Positions 1-8,688 of a stretch of DNA of 64,000 bases are shown one piece after another (the stretch's first letter is position 1; each line of letters starts with the position of its first letter). The DNA is from Akkermansia muciniphila (GTDB lineage: Bacteria; Verrucomicrobiota; Kiritimatiellia; RFP12; JAAYNR01). The notes under the pieces were generated by a model that saw only the letters and a program-made list of their open reading frames with translations, did no database searches and was not told the DNA's origin. The stretch covers positions 75,762 through 139,761 of the forward strand of contig CAMBQN010000002.1 in assembly GCA_945870025.1 (NCBI GenBank). The letters are read 5' to 3'. The position numbers and the translations under genes are program-made.

Positions 1-1421
1 TTTGGAGACTGGGGGCGCCCCTTCACACCTTCGCCAGCATGACCCCTAATAGCTTGATTGGGCGGGAGGCCGAGGCCGCCCGAACCCATAATCTAGCCAC
101 CAGTGTGGGGCTGCGGGCACTTACGTCAAACCTCAACGGCCGCGGCCGGGAAAGAAGATAGCACATGATCTATGTCGGAGTCGATATAGGGAAGAGCAGG
201 CATGCCGCAGCGGCGGTCGACGAGGCGGGCGGGTGCGTCATGCAGCCCCGCTTCTTCACGCAGGACGCGGGAGGGTTCGCCTCGCTGTTGGGCGCGCTCG
301 CCGAGCTCGGCGGCGCGTCGGCGGTCGTCGTGGGCATGGAGGCGACCGGGCACTACTGGAAGGCCCTCCGGCACGCCCTCGGCGAGCGGGGGTACCGGGT
401 GGACGTCATCAACCCGCTGGTCACGGCGGGGGAGGCGTCCTTCGACGTCCGGGGGCGCAAGACCGACAAGATCGACGCGCTCGCCATCGCGAACGTCGTG
501 CGCAAGGGCGGCTACAGCCCCGCGCCCGAGGAGCATGCGAGTGCGGATGCGCTCAAGGCGCTCACGCGGCACCGCAAATCCTTGGTTGCGCGCCGCAGCG
601 ACGCGAAGCGTCGCCTGACCGCCACGCTCGACGTGGTCTTCCCCGAGGCGATCAAGACGCTGGGCGACCTGTACGGAGCCTCCTCCCAGGCCGCCGTCAA
701 GGCGTTCCCCTCGGCCCGGTTGGCGGCCGCCTCCAAAATCCGCACGCTCACGTCCCTGTTCGCGAAGGCATCCGGGGGGCAGCTCGGGCGGGATGCCGCC
801 GAGGCTTTCCGCACCGCCGCCCTGCACAGCGTGTCGCTCACCATCCACAACGAGGGTGAGGAGTTCGTGGCCGCCCAGACCGTCGACGAGATCTGCGCCC
901 TGGACGCCCAGATCGGCGAGGCGGAGCGGCGCATCCTGGCCGAGCCGCAGCCGCCCGTCGCCCGCATCCTCGGGTCGATCAAGGGTGCCGGCAAGATCCA
1001 GCCGATGGCTGTCGCGGCGGAACTCGGCGACCTCGTGCGCTTCGCGGGGGCCGACATGCCCAAAAAGGTGCTCGCCTACGCCGGATGCGAATCCAGGGTG
1101 CGCGAGAGCGGGACGTGGAAGGGGCGCGCGAAGATGTCCAAGCGCGGCAGCCCCTCGCTGCGCTACGCGCTCTACCTCATGGCATGCACCGTCAGGCTGC
1201 ACTCGCCCTACTTCAACGAGATCTACAAGCGCCACGTCGCCAAGGGCAAACACCATAATGTCGCCCTCAGCCATGTCATCAGAAAAATCGTCGAGGTCAT
1301 GTGCGGCATGCACAAGACCGGTACCCTCTTCACCCCTCCGCAAACCGAGGCAAAGCCATGTTCATAACTTCAAAAAAAACGACTTGCGCTGGTTATAGCT
1401 TGTCTCCAAAATGGCTGGCGC
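1..1421 (+). mobile_element. IS110-family insertion sequence (boundaries tentative; left end may be cut by the window edge)
   Basis: An IS110-type transposase CDS (165-1367) follows a 164-nt non-coding leader. The tentative ends come from a 9-nt inverted match, tttggagac (1-9) / gtctccaaa (1413-1421). IS110 members usually lack long TIRs, so the ends are uncertain. Confidence 0.5.
165..1367 (+). CDS. IS110 family transposase (DEDD recombinase)
   Basis: 400-aa ORF starting at ATG 165. The N-terminus MIYVGVDIGKSRHAAAAVDE is the typical RuvC-like DEDD start of IS110/IS116/IS902 transposases. The C-terminal KGAGKIQPMAVAAELGD...SKRGSPSLRYALY resembles the Transposase_20 HhH region. Confidence 0.9.
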   Translation: MIYVGVDIGKSRHAAAAVDEAGGCVMQPRFFTQDAGGFASLLGALAELGGASAVVVGMEATGHYWKALRHALGERGYRVDVINPLVTAGEASFDVRGRKTDKIDALAIANVVRKGGYSPAPEEHASADALKALTRHRKSLVARRSDAKRRLTATLDVVFPEAIKTLGDLYGASSQAAVKAFPSARLAAASKIRTLTSLFAKASGGQLGRDAAEAFRTAALHSVSLTIHNEGEEFVAAQTVDEICALDAQIGEAERRILAEPQPPVARILGSIKGAGKIQPMAVAAELGDLVRFAGADMPKKVLAYAGCESRVRESGTWKGRAKMSKRGSPSLRYALYLMACTVRLHSPYFNEIYKRHVAKGKHHNVALSHVIRKIVEVMCGMHKTGTLFTPPQTEAKPCS

Positions 1422-1615
1422 GGCGTCCCGAAGCCCTCCGTTCCGGCGGCAGCGTCTGGAGTGCTGTGGCAAGCGGTATTCCGCAATCAAACACCATTTT
1501 CAACAAGGTTCTGAAAATCTGTGATACTATTTTTCTGTAGTTCTTTTTTCTATCCCCCGTTTTGTCTGTTCGGTTTCTCGTGCGGCGGGGATTATCGAGT
1601 GAAAGGAGCGAGCGA

Positions 1616-3493
1616 ATGGATGACAACACCCACTTGCGGCAGTTCGTGGAAGCCGGTTCCCAGGAGGCGTTCCGGGAGCTTGTCGGGCGGCACACGAATC
1701 TCGTCTACGCCTGTGCGATGCAGCGGTTGCGGGATCCTCATGCGGCGGAGGACGTGACGCAGGCGGTCTTTCTGACGCTCGCCCTGAAAGCCAAAAACCT
1801 GCGGTCGCACACGTCGCTGGCGGGGTGGCTGTTCACGACCACCCGCTACGTGGCCACCCGGTACCAGCGCGGCGAACAGCGCCGCAGGGAGAGGGAGATG
1901 CGCGCGTTCGAGGAGACCCCGATCGCCTATTCCGGGACAGCCACCGAGGCGGCTTGGGAGCACATGCAGCCGCATCTGGCAGGGGCGCTGGATTCCCTGT
2001 CGGGCGCGGACCGTGAGGCCGTGCTGCTGCGGTTCTATCGCAAGGCCAGCCATCAGGAAGTGGCCACCGCGCTGGGAACGTCGAAAGACGGCGCCCGCAT
2101 GCGGGTGGATCGTGCCTTGGACAAACTGCGCCGGTTCTTCGCCAAGAAGAGCGTTGCGTTGTCCGCGACGGCGTTGGCCGGCGTACTGACGGCCAATGCG
2201 GCGCAAGCGGCCCCGGCGGGGCTGGCGGCCACGGCGGGCGCAACGGCGCTGGCCGGGGCTGGCGGGACTTTGACAGTACCCTCAACTATAGTATTAGCGA
2301 AAGGAGCGATTCAGATGATGTTCATAGCTCAACTCAAGACCGCAGCCCTCATTATGGCCGCGTGTGTCGTCGTCGCCGGAAGCGGCGTCATTGTCGCCAA
2401 GGACGTGCTGACGCCGCCGGCATCGCCAGCAACGGCGGGTGGGGAAACGATTACCGGAGTCCAAACCGGAGTTGTGATGGCGGTAGTGATCCCCGACCGC
2501 GTCGTCACGCCTCCGCGCGGCGAGGAAACGAAGTTCGAAATCGGCTTGCGGATCTCCAACCGAACGAGCCAGGACATCAGTTTCGGTCTCTTCGACACCG
2601 TCCGTCCGGTTCTGAAGGACGATCAGGGTCGGGAACGGCCTCTCGACGGGGGGCGTGATAAAACACGCATACTCAAGCCGATCCAAGTCAAGACAGGGCA
2701 GACCGACACGGTGCTCTATGCGGCTCGGTTGTCGCTCCCCACAGTGAAGTCCTTCGTCCCCGCAGGGAAGACCTTCGCGGAACTCGCTGTGGATGACCGC
2801 ACCGGTGGCGTTTGGGTGTATCACGATCTCGCGCCCGGGCGCTACACGCTTGGGTTACATTATGCCCATCCGCCCATCGGCGGGGTCGCACAGCCTGGGA
2901 TATGGGTTGGCGAGACAACGACCGCGCCCTCCGCTTTCGTCATCGTCAATCAGCCCGATGGTTCTGCGGTGAAGCAGAAGGGACCGGAATCCAAGGCGGC
3001 CGTAAAGGACGGATTGCAGGTGGTGGTCCGGCTCGACAAGGCGGTGTACGCGACGAACGAGCCGCTGACGTTCACCGTGATCTACACGAATGTCCGTGAA
3101 AAGGGGAGTGCCTTCGGCCTGTGGGATGCCGGCAACTTCTATGACTGGAAGATCATGGCCGGAGACTGGGAAGTGGCCGGTTGGCCGAAGGTCAGGCGGA
3201 AGGTGGATGGAGCGTTTCTCAAGACCCTTGGGGTAGGCGAGCAGCTTGAGGCGCCGGTGAAAATCGGTGGAGATGGTGCAGCGCGCTTCTTCGCCACGAT
3301 GCAGCGCGAGACCGTGCCGCCTCGGCTCTTTCTTCCGCCGGGCAAGTACCCGTTGCGGCTGACGATACCTTTGCGGGAGACGCCGCTCCCGCTTCTTCGC
3401 GCGTTGCCGCGCTGGGTCGGTGAGATCAGCACCGAGCCGGTCGAGTTCGAGGTCGGCGGCCCTGCGGCCGCGAAATCCAGCCATTCTAATTAG
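1616..3493 (+). CDS. ECF-type sigma-70 family sigma factor fused to a transmembrane helix and a ~380-aa C-terminal domain
   Basis: The ORF spans 1562-3493; the preferred start is ATG 1616, with AAGGAG 8 nt upstream. Region 2: FRELVGRHTNLVYACAMQRLRDPHAAEDVTQAVFL. Region 4 HTH: LSGADREAVLLRFYRKASHQEVATALGTSKDGARMRVDRALDKLRRFF. An Ala-rich linker, a hydrophobic helix (LKTAALIMAACVVVAGSGVIV) and a domain of unknown fold follow. Confidence 0.85.
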   Translation: MDDNTHLRQFVEAGSQEAFRELVGRHTNLVYACAMQRLRDPHAAEDVTQAVFLTLALKAKNLRSHTSLAGWLFTTTRYVATRYQRGEQRRREREMRAFEETPIAYSGTATEAAWEHMQPHLAGALDSLSGADREAVLLRFYRKASHQEVATALGTSKDGARMRVDRALDKLRRFFAKKSVALSATALAGVLTANAAQAAPAGLAATAGATALAGAGGTLTVPSTIVLAKGAIQMMFIAQLKTAALIMAACVVVAGSGVIVAKDVLTPPASPATAGGETITGVQTGVVMAVVIPDRVVTPPRGEETKFEIGLRISNRTSQDISFGLFDTVRPVLKDDQGRERPLDGGRDKTRILKPIQVKTGQTDTVLYAARLSLPTVKSFVPAGKTFAELAVDDRTGGVWVYHDLAPGRYTLGLHYAHPPIGGVAQPGIWVGETTTAPSAFVIVNQPDGSAVKQKGPESKAAVKDGLQVVVRLDKAVYATNEPLTFTVIYTNVREKGSAFGLWDAGNFYDWKIMAGDWEVAGWPKVRRKVDGAFLKTLGVGEQLEAPVKIGGDGAARFFATMQRETVPPRLFLPPGKYPLRLTIPLRETPLPLLRALPRWVGEISTEPVEFEVGGPAAAKSSHSN

Positions 3494-3672
3494 AGCCTGT
3501 CCGAAAAGGGTTCAAGCCTTCTGAACGCTGGATTTCTTAAGCTTTGTCGCGAGCTTTGTCGAATTCTTCCCCTTTCACCTTTCTTTTACGACAAAGCTCG
3601 CGACAAAGGGCGGCGGAGCCGCTGTTTCCAGCCTCCCAACGCCTCAAAACCTTTTCGGACAGGCTCTAATTA
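3487..3672. repeat. Nested palindromic element (possible bidirectional terminator or MITE remnant)
   Basis: The outer 23-nt arms, taattagagcctgtccgaaaagg (3487-3509) and ccttttcggacaggctctaatta (3650-3672), are perfect complements. The inner 20-nt arms, ctttgtcgcgagctttgtcg (3542-3561) and cgacaaagctcgcgacaaag (3589-3608), are also perfect. The left arm overlaps the TAG stop of the sigma gene. Confidence 0.8.
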
Positions 3673-3787
3673 TGGCACATCTGTACAGTCGAAATCGAAA
3701 TCGCTATCGCTATCGGGGTCGAATTCCTTGCTTTCTCGTCGATTTCGGTCCCGATCCCGATTTGGATCCCGATAGCGGCTGCCATAA
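3669..3787. repeat. 119-bp MITE-like repeat, copy L (inverted relative to 5227-5345)
   Basis: Its reverse complement matches 5227-5345 at 117/119 positions in a by-eye alignment. The unit has quasi-terminal inverted ends (attatggca.../...tgccataa) and internal 6-nt periodic tracts (cgaaatcgaaatcgctatcgctatcgg; gatcccgatttggatcccgat). Confidence 0.85.
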
Positions 3788-3887
3788 GGGGAATTGCTGC
3801 GCGTCATCAGCCGGAGTAGACAAACACCCGATAATATGGGATGATCCTGTCGTCGGCTAGGTTCAACGCCACGTAAAGGAGTCGGGT

Positions 3888-5150
3888 ATGAGAACAGACG
3901 TTTTTGTAAGACGGAGCTGGATGGTACTGTGCGCGGTCGCGACCCTCGGCGCGGCGGTTGCGTCGGCGGCGTCGGACTGGACTCAATTCCGGGGTCCGAC
4001 CCGGGACGGCAAGGCTGCGGGCGGCCCCAAACTGCTGAAATCCTGGCCGGAGAGCGGGCCGAAGCAATTGTGGGTCAATGACAAGCTGGGCGACGGGTAT
4101 GCGTCGGCCGTCGTGACGGACACCGCCATTTACACCACGGGCATGCAGGCCGGCGAGGGTTTCCTCTACGCATTGGATCTGGACGGCAAGCAGCTCTGGT
4201 CGGTCTCCTACGGGCGGGATTGGGAGGGCGGCTACCGCGGATCGCGGACCACGCCGACGTTCCGCGCGGGCAAGCTGTATCTCATGAGCGGCTACGGCAA
4301 GGCGGCCTGCCATGATGCCAAGACCGGCCGGGAGATCTGGGCGGTGGACACGATGGCGAAATTCGGCGCCCGTAATATCCAGTGGGGCATCACCGAATCG
4401 CCGCTCGTGCTGGATAACAAGATGATCGTCACGCCCGGCGGCCCGCAAGCGGGCGTGGTGGCGCTCAACCCCGAGACGGGCGAGACCGTCTGGGTCTGCG
4501 CGGAACTCGGCGATCCCTCGGGCTATTGCTCGCCGATCCTCATCGAGCGGGGCGGGCGGAAGATCATCGCGCAGCTCATGGGTCCCACATTCGTCGGCAT
4601 CGAGGCGTCCACCGGCAAGCTGCTGTGGCGCGAGACGCGCAAGCCGGCCCCGTCTTACGGCATCCAGGCGGTCTCGCCCGTGTACGCTGACGGCCGGTTC
4701 TATATCACCTGCGGCTATGGCGGCGAGCGTGGCGAGATGTTCCAATTGAGCGAGGACGGCACCGGCGTGAAGTCGGTCTGGCGCGACGCGCAGCTCGACT
4801 GTCATCATGGCGGTCTGGTCCTGCTGAACGGCCTGATTTACGGAGCCGCCGACGGCAACAACCGGAACCAGTGGATGTGCCTGAAGCTGGAGACCGGCGA
4901 GGTGGTCGCCAAGACCGATGCGGTCGGCAAAGGCTCGCTCGTTTTTGCCGATGGCATGCTTTACACACTGGGGGAGAAGGGGCTGATGGGGCTGGTTGAT
5001 CCCGATGCGAAAAACTTCCACATGGTCTCGTCATTCAAGATTCCGGCTGGCGGCAGCGGCCCGCACTGGGCCCATCCGTCCATCGCCAACGGTCGTCTCT
5101 ACATCCGGCACGGCACCCGTCTGTTTGCGTACAACATTAAAGCCCAATAG
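3888..5150 (+). CDS. PQQ-like beta-propeller repeat protein (BamB/PQQ-enzyme-repeat family), secreted
   Basis: 420 aa; ATG 3888 with AAGGAG upstream. Signal peptide: WMVLCAVATLGAAVASAASDW. Recurrent propeller-blade motifs: FLYALDLDGKQLW, AACHDAKTGREIW, VVALNPETGETVW, VGIEASTGKLLW, MCLKLETGEVV, RLYIRHGTRLFAY. Confidence 0.8.
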   Translation: MRTDVFVRRSWMVLCAVATLGAAVASAASDWTQFRGPTRDGKAAGGPKLLKSWPESGPKQLWVNDKLGDGYASAVVTDTAIYTTGMQAGEGFLYALDLDGKQLWSVSYGRDWEGGYRGSRTTPTFRAGKLYLMSGYGKAACHDAKTGREIWAVDTMAKFGARNIQWGITESPLVLDNKMIVTPGGPQAGVVALNPETGETVWVCAELGDPSGYCSPILIERGGRKIIAQLMGPTFVGIEASTGKLLWRETRKPAPSYGIQAVSPVYADGRFYITCGYGGERGEMFQLSEDGTGVKSVWRDAQLDCHHGGLVLLNGLIYGAADGNNRNQWMCLKLETGEVVAKTDAVGKGSLVFADGMLYTLGEKGLMGLVDPDAKNFHMVSSFKIPAGGSGPHWAHPSIANGRLYIRHGTRLFAYNIKAQ

Positions 5151-5226
5151 CTGGTGGCTTACGAATCAACGCTCTCATCAGAACGGGGATGCGCCCCACT
5201 CCACGACAAAACAACAGCAATTCTAA

Positions 5227-5345
5227 TTATGACAGCCGCCATCGGGATCCAAATCGGGATCGGGACCGAAATCGACGAGAAAGCAAGGAATTCGACCCCG
5301 ATAGCGATAGCGATTTCGATTTCGACTGTACAGATGTGCCATAAT
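5227..5345. repeat. 119-bp MITE-like repeat, copy R
   Basis: Inverted copy of 3669-3787, with 2 mismatches near one end. Both copies follow the same tctaattatg motif in direct orientation (3665-3674 and 5222-5231). Confidence 0.85.
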
Positions 5346-5371
5346 GAGAATTGACAAAACAAAACGGCGTA

Positions 5372-5400
5372 TTGACAGCGCGGCGGTTTTTTGGTTAAAT
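5372..5400 (+). promoter_or_regulatory. Candidate sigma-70 promoter of rplU-rpmA-obg
   Basis: TTGACA (5372-5377), a 17-nt spacer, then TTAAAT (5395-5400), about 74 nt upstream of the rplU ATG. A second TTGACA lies at 5351-5356. Confidence 0.45.
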
Positions 5401-5473
5401 AACCCATTCGAGGCTGATTGGGATCGTTCCGATCCGAACTGATTCGTCGTTCACAAGGGTTAAAGAGGCAGAC

Positions 5474-5788
5474 ATGGAAGCGTATGCAATTGTTGAAACG
5501 GGTGGCAAGCAGTACCGCGTGGCCGCCGGAGATACGTTGGAAGTCGAACATCTGGACGCTGAGGCGGGCCAGCACGTCGATGCCGGCGCCGTTTTGGCCG
5601 TCTCCGACGGCAACGCCCTCGTGATCGGCGCGCCGACCGTAGCGGGCGCCAAGGTCGTGTTTTCGGTGGTCGAGCACAAACGTGGACCGAAGCTGATCAA
5701 TTTTAAGAAACGCCGCCGCAAGGGGTATGAGCGCCGGGTTGGGCACCGTCAGGAGCTAACCGTGGTCAAGGTCGAATCGATCGCCTAA
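5474..5788 (+). CDS. rplU: 50S ribosomal protein L21
   Basis: 104 aa. MEAYAIVETGGKQYRVAAGDTLEVE...KRGPKLINFKKRRRKGYERRVGHRQELTVVKVESI is the canonical L21 sequence pattern. An AGAGG RBS precedes it, and rpmA follows. Confidence 0.95.
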   Translation: MEAYAIVETGGKQYRVAAGDTLEVEHLDAEAGQHVDAGAVLAVSDGNALVIGAPTVAGAKVVFSVVEHKRGPKLINFKKRRRKGYERRVGHRQELTVVKVESIA

Positions 5789-5818
5789 CGCGCTGCGCAG
5801 CAGCAGGGAGAGTATCCA

Positions 5819-6070
5819 ATGGCAGTATCCAGTTCCGCACGCAATGGCCGCGACAGCGCGGGAAGACGCAGAGGCGTGAAGCGCTATGACGGACAGGTGG
5901 TTCGCGCGGGCGCGATCCTGATCCGGCAATGCGGCACCAAGTGCCACCCGGGCAAGAATGTCGGGATGGGGCGCGATTTCACGTTGTTTTCCCTGGTTGA
6001 CGGCGCGGTCAAGTTCATTAAAGATGGGCGCGTCCTCACTGTGATTGCGACTCCGGCTGTTGGCGCGTAA
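5819..6070 (+). CDS. rpmA: 50S ribosomal protein L27
   Basis: 83 aa. [61 protein letters not shown] matches the L27 signature. It sits between rplU and obg. Confidence 0.95.
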   Translation: MAVSSSARNGRDSAGRRRGVKRYDGQVVRAGAILIRQCGTKCHPGKNVGMGRDFTLFSLVDGAVKFIKDGRVLTVIATPAVGA

Positions 6071-6094
6071 AGCGCCTGTAAGGGTGGGAGCACC

Positions 6095-7297
6095 GTGAAG
6101 TCACGTCGCTTTATAGACCGTGTGACGGTGCATGTGCGTTCCGGAAAAGGCGGCGACGGCGGGTCGAGCTTTCTCCGCGAAAAATACGTCGATAATGGTG
6201 GCCCTGACGGCGGCGATGGCGGCCGTGGGGGTCACATTTTTTTTGTCGGCGATCACGATACCGACTCGCTGGTTCGTCTTTATTTCGAGCCGCTCGTGGT
6301 GGCGGAAGAGGGCGGCTCGGGTCGGAAGAAGCAGATGCACGGCAAGGACGGCGCCGACCGCGAAGTCAAAGTGCCATGCGGCACGTCGATTTTTGATGCC
6401 CTGACGGGCGAGCTGCTGGCCGACATCACCCGACATGGACAGCGGGAGTGTCTGGCGCGGGGCGGTAAGGGCGGGCTGGGGAACATTCACTTCAAGACCG
6501 CCACCCACCAGGCCCCAACTGAACACACGCCGGGCGAGGATTCCGACGAGCGCGATCTCAAGCTGGAACTCAAAACCGTGGCGGACATCGGGTTGCTGGG
6601 GTTCCCGAGCGCGGGCAAGTCGTCGTTGCTGGCTTCCATCAGCGATGCGCACCCCAAGATCGCCGCGTACCCGTTTACGACCCTGCACCCGATCATCGGC
6701 ACTGTGGCGTATCCCGATTACAGCCAGATCCGCGTGGCAGACATCCCCGGCATCATCAAGGATGCAAGCGAGGGGGTTGGGCTTGGCCTTGATTTTCTCC
6801 GCCATGTGTCGCGTTCGCGCATTCTGCTGATGGTGATTGACATGGCCGGCACCGACGGACGCGAACCGTGGCAGGATTACCGGACCCTCCGCGCCGAGCT
6901 TAAGGCCTATGATGCGGCTTTGATGGAGCGTCCGACACTGTTGGTCGCCAACAAGATGGATGTGCCCGAGGCCAAGGCTAATCTTGCGGTCTTCCGCAAG
7001 AAGGTGCGTGGTCGCATCCTGCAAATCTCGACCGTTGACGGGCGGGGACTGGACACGCTGAAGACGCGGCTGTGGGAGCTGATCCGACCCGTCGCGGGCC
7101 GTCGCGAGATCGCGGAACCGGAAGCCGTCGAAGCGCCTGCCGTAGACGCCCCATCTGCGCCGATAGAGCCCACCCGCGTGTCGCGTATTTTGGACGAAGC
7201 CGGCACCGAAGAGATCGTGGAGATCATTACTGCGGATCGCGTTCGAAACGCGGGTTTTTTGGTGATCGAGCCGAAGAAGAAGAAGAAGCGGCGGTAA
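6095..7297 (+). CDS. obg: GTPase Obg/CgtA
   Basis: 400 aa with a GTG start. Obg fold: FIDRVTVHVRSGKGGDGGSSFLREKYVDNGGPDGGDGGRGG. G1: GFPSAGKSSLL. G3: DIPG. G4: NKMD. The C-terminal tail is Lys/Arg-rich. Confidence 0.95.
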   Translation: MKSRRFIDRVTVHVRSGKGGDGGSSFLREKYVDNGGPDGGDGGRGGHIFFVGDHDTDSLVRLYFEPLVVAEEGGSGRKKQMHGKDGADREVKVPCGTSIFDALTGELLADITRHGQRECLARGGKGGLGNIHFKTATHQAPTEHTPGEDSDERDLKLELKTVADIGLLGFPSAGKSSLLASISDAHPKIAAYPFTTLHPIIGTVAYPDYSQIRVADIPGIIKDASEGVGLGLDFLRHVSRSRILLMVIDMAGTDGREPWQDYRTLRAELKAYDAALMERPTLLVANKMDVPEAKANLAVFRKKVRGRILQISTVDGRGLDTLKTRLWELIRPVAGRREIAEPEAVEAPAVDAPSAPIEPTRVSRILDEAGTEEIVEIITADRVRNAGFLVIEPKKKKKRR

Positions 7298-8624
7298 TCA
7301 GGCTGAACCGTTTCCAGCGCCCTGTGTAATAGTAGCCCACGCACAGGATCAGCCCGACGCCCCAGCCGATGACAAAGCTCCACCAGATTCCATCCGGCCC
7401 CATTCGGCGTGACAGCACCCGTGCCACGGGAATGCGCACCACAAACATGGAAAGAATGGTCAGAATCATCGGCACCAGTGTATTACCTGCCCCACGAAAA
7501 AGGCCGCTCAAGACAAACATGACGCTGAAGACGATGTAAAACCAGGCAGCGATATGGAAATAGCGCAGCCCCGCCGCAATGACTGCGGGGTCATGGGTGA
7601 AAAGGCCAAGCAGGTTCCGGCCGGCCAGCAGAATCAACGCGCTGATCAGGATCGAAAAGCCGACGCCCAGCCAGAGGCCGGCCCGCAGGCCCTGGCGGAC
7701 CCGATCCATTTTGTTGGCGCCTATGTTCTGGCCGACAAACGTCGAAACCGCGATCGACAGGTTCATCGACGGCATCAGCGCAAAAGCGTCCAGCCGCGAG
7801 GCGGCCGTGAATCCGGCAATGACATCCGTGCCAAAATTATTCACGAACCGAATGATCGCCATCATCCCGAGCGCGACCGATAATTGCTGCACGCCCGCAG
7901 GCAACCCCAGTTTCACGATCTTTTGGAAACTCTCCCAATCGAAGATCATCCGCGTGATCTTGAAATGCAGCAACGCGTTCTCCTTGCGATTTACATGCAG
8001 GATTAAACCCAGAAAGGAGGCTCCCTGCGCAATCAGCGTGGCCACACCGGATCCCGCAATGCCCCAGTGAAAGACCGTCACGAACACGACCACCAGAATG
8101 CTGTTCACGACGGTGGAGAGGATCAGGTAGATCGTGGGCGTCTTGGAATCTCCCACGGCCCGGAGTACGGAACTCACGGTGTTGTAGCCAAACATGAACG
8201 TGAGTCCATAAAAGAAAATATCAATGAAGATTCGGGCTAACGGCAGAATTTCCGCCGGCGTATGCATCTGGATCAGGATCGTCTGGCTCAGAAACGGCCC
8301 CGTGATCGACAGGAGTACGCCGACCACAAACAGGCTGATATACGTGGTGTCGATGGCCTTCTTGGCCCGCACAAAATCCTTGGCGCCATAATACTGAGAG
8401 ATGAGAATGCTCGCGCCCATCGTAAGCCCCATCGCCAAGGCAATCAGGAGAAACACAATGGGAAAACACGCGCCAATTGCGGCTAGTGCCTGTTTGCCTA
8501 GATACCGGCCAACCACCAGGCTATCCACAACAATGTAAAGTTGCTGGAAAACATTGCCAATGAGCATCGGCAGGGCGAACAGCACGATGAGCCGGGCTTC
8601 GGATCCTTGGGTCATATCTTTCAT
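7227..8624 (-). CDS. MATE family efflux transporter
   Basis: 465 aa. The N-terminus LIVLFALPMLIGNVFQQLYIVVDSLVVGRYLGKQALAAIG is the typical MATE/NorM TM1 motif, and the protein is polytopic and hydrophobic throughout. Its 3' end overlaps the convergent obg gene by 71 nt. Confidence 0.85.
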   Translation of the reverse strand: MKDMTQGSEARLIVLFALPMLIGNVFQQLYIVVDSLVVGRYLGKQALAAIGACFPIVFLLIALAMGLTMGASILISQYYGAKDFVRAKKAIDTTYISLFVVGVLLSITGPFLSQTILIQMHTPAEILPLARIFIDIFFYGLTFMFGYNTVSSVLRAVGDSKTPTIYLILSTVVNSILVVVFVTVFHWGIAGSGVATLIAQGASFLGLILHVNRKENALLHFKITRMIFDWESFQKIVKLGLPAGVQQLSVALGMMAIIRFVNNFGTDVIAGFTAASRLDAFALMPSMNLSIAVSTFVGQNIGANKMDRVRQGLRAGLWLGVGFSILISALILLAGRNLLGLFTHDPAVIAAGLRYFHIAAWFYIVFSVMFVLSGLFRGAGNTLVPMILTILSMFVVRIPVARVLSRRMGPDGIWWSFVIGWGVGLILCVGYYYTGRWKRFSLITAASSSSSARSPKNPRFERDPQ

Positions 8625-8688
8625 GGGATGCGATTATAACACCACGGCCCAAAATATCGGACGATTAAGATGGCAATAGCCTTTTCAC

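Noticed and set aside
1562-1615. Upstream start for the ECF sigma ORF (MSVRFLVRRGLSSERSER)
   Set aside because: ATG 1616 has a canonical AAGGAG 8 nt upstream, and the sigma region-2 alignment begins right after it. The extension is Arg/Ser-rich and lies in an AT-rich promoter-like region.
3669-3700. Sigma-54-type promoter (TGGCAC) inside the 119-bp repeat, and similar TGGCAC motifs at ~45105 and ~21783
   Set aside because: None has the required TTGC(A/T) element 5 nt downstream, so only the -24-like half is present.
3788-5226. Classical promoter inverton (invertase-driven switch) for the segment between the 119-bp inverted repeats
   Set aside because: No invertase or recombinase gene is adjacent, the repeats are much longer than typical inverton IRs, and the segment carries a whole gene rather than a promoter. 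The idea is kept only as a low-probability alternative in the corresponding finding.
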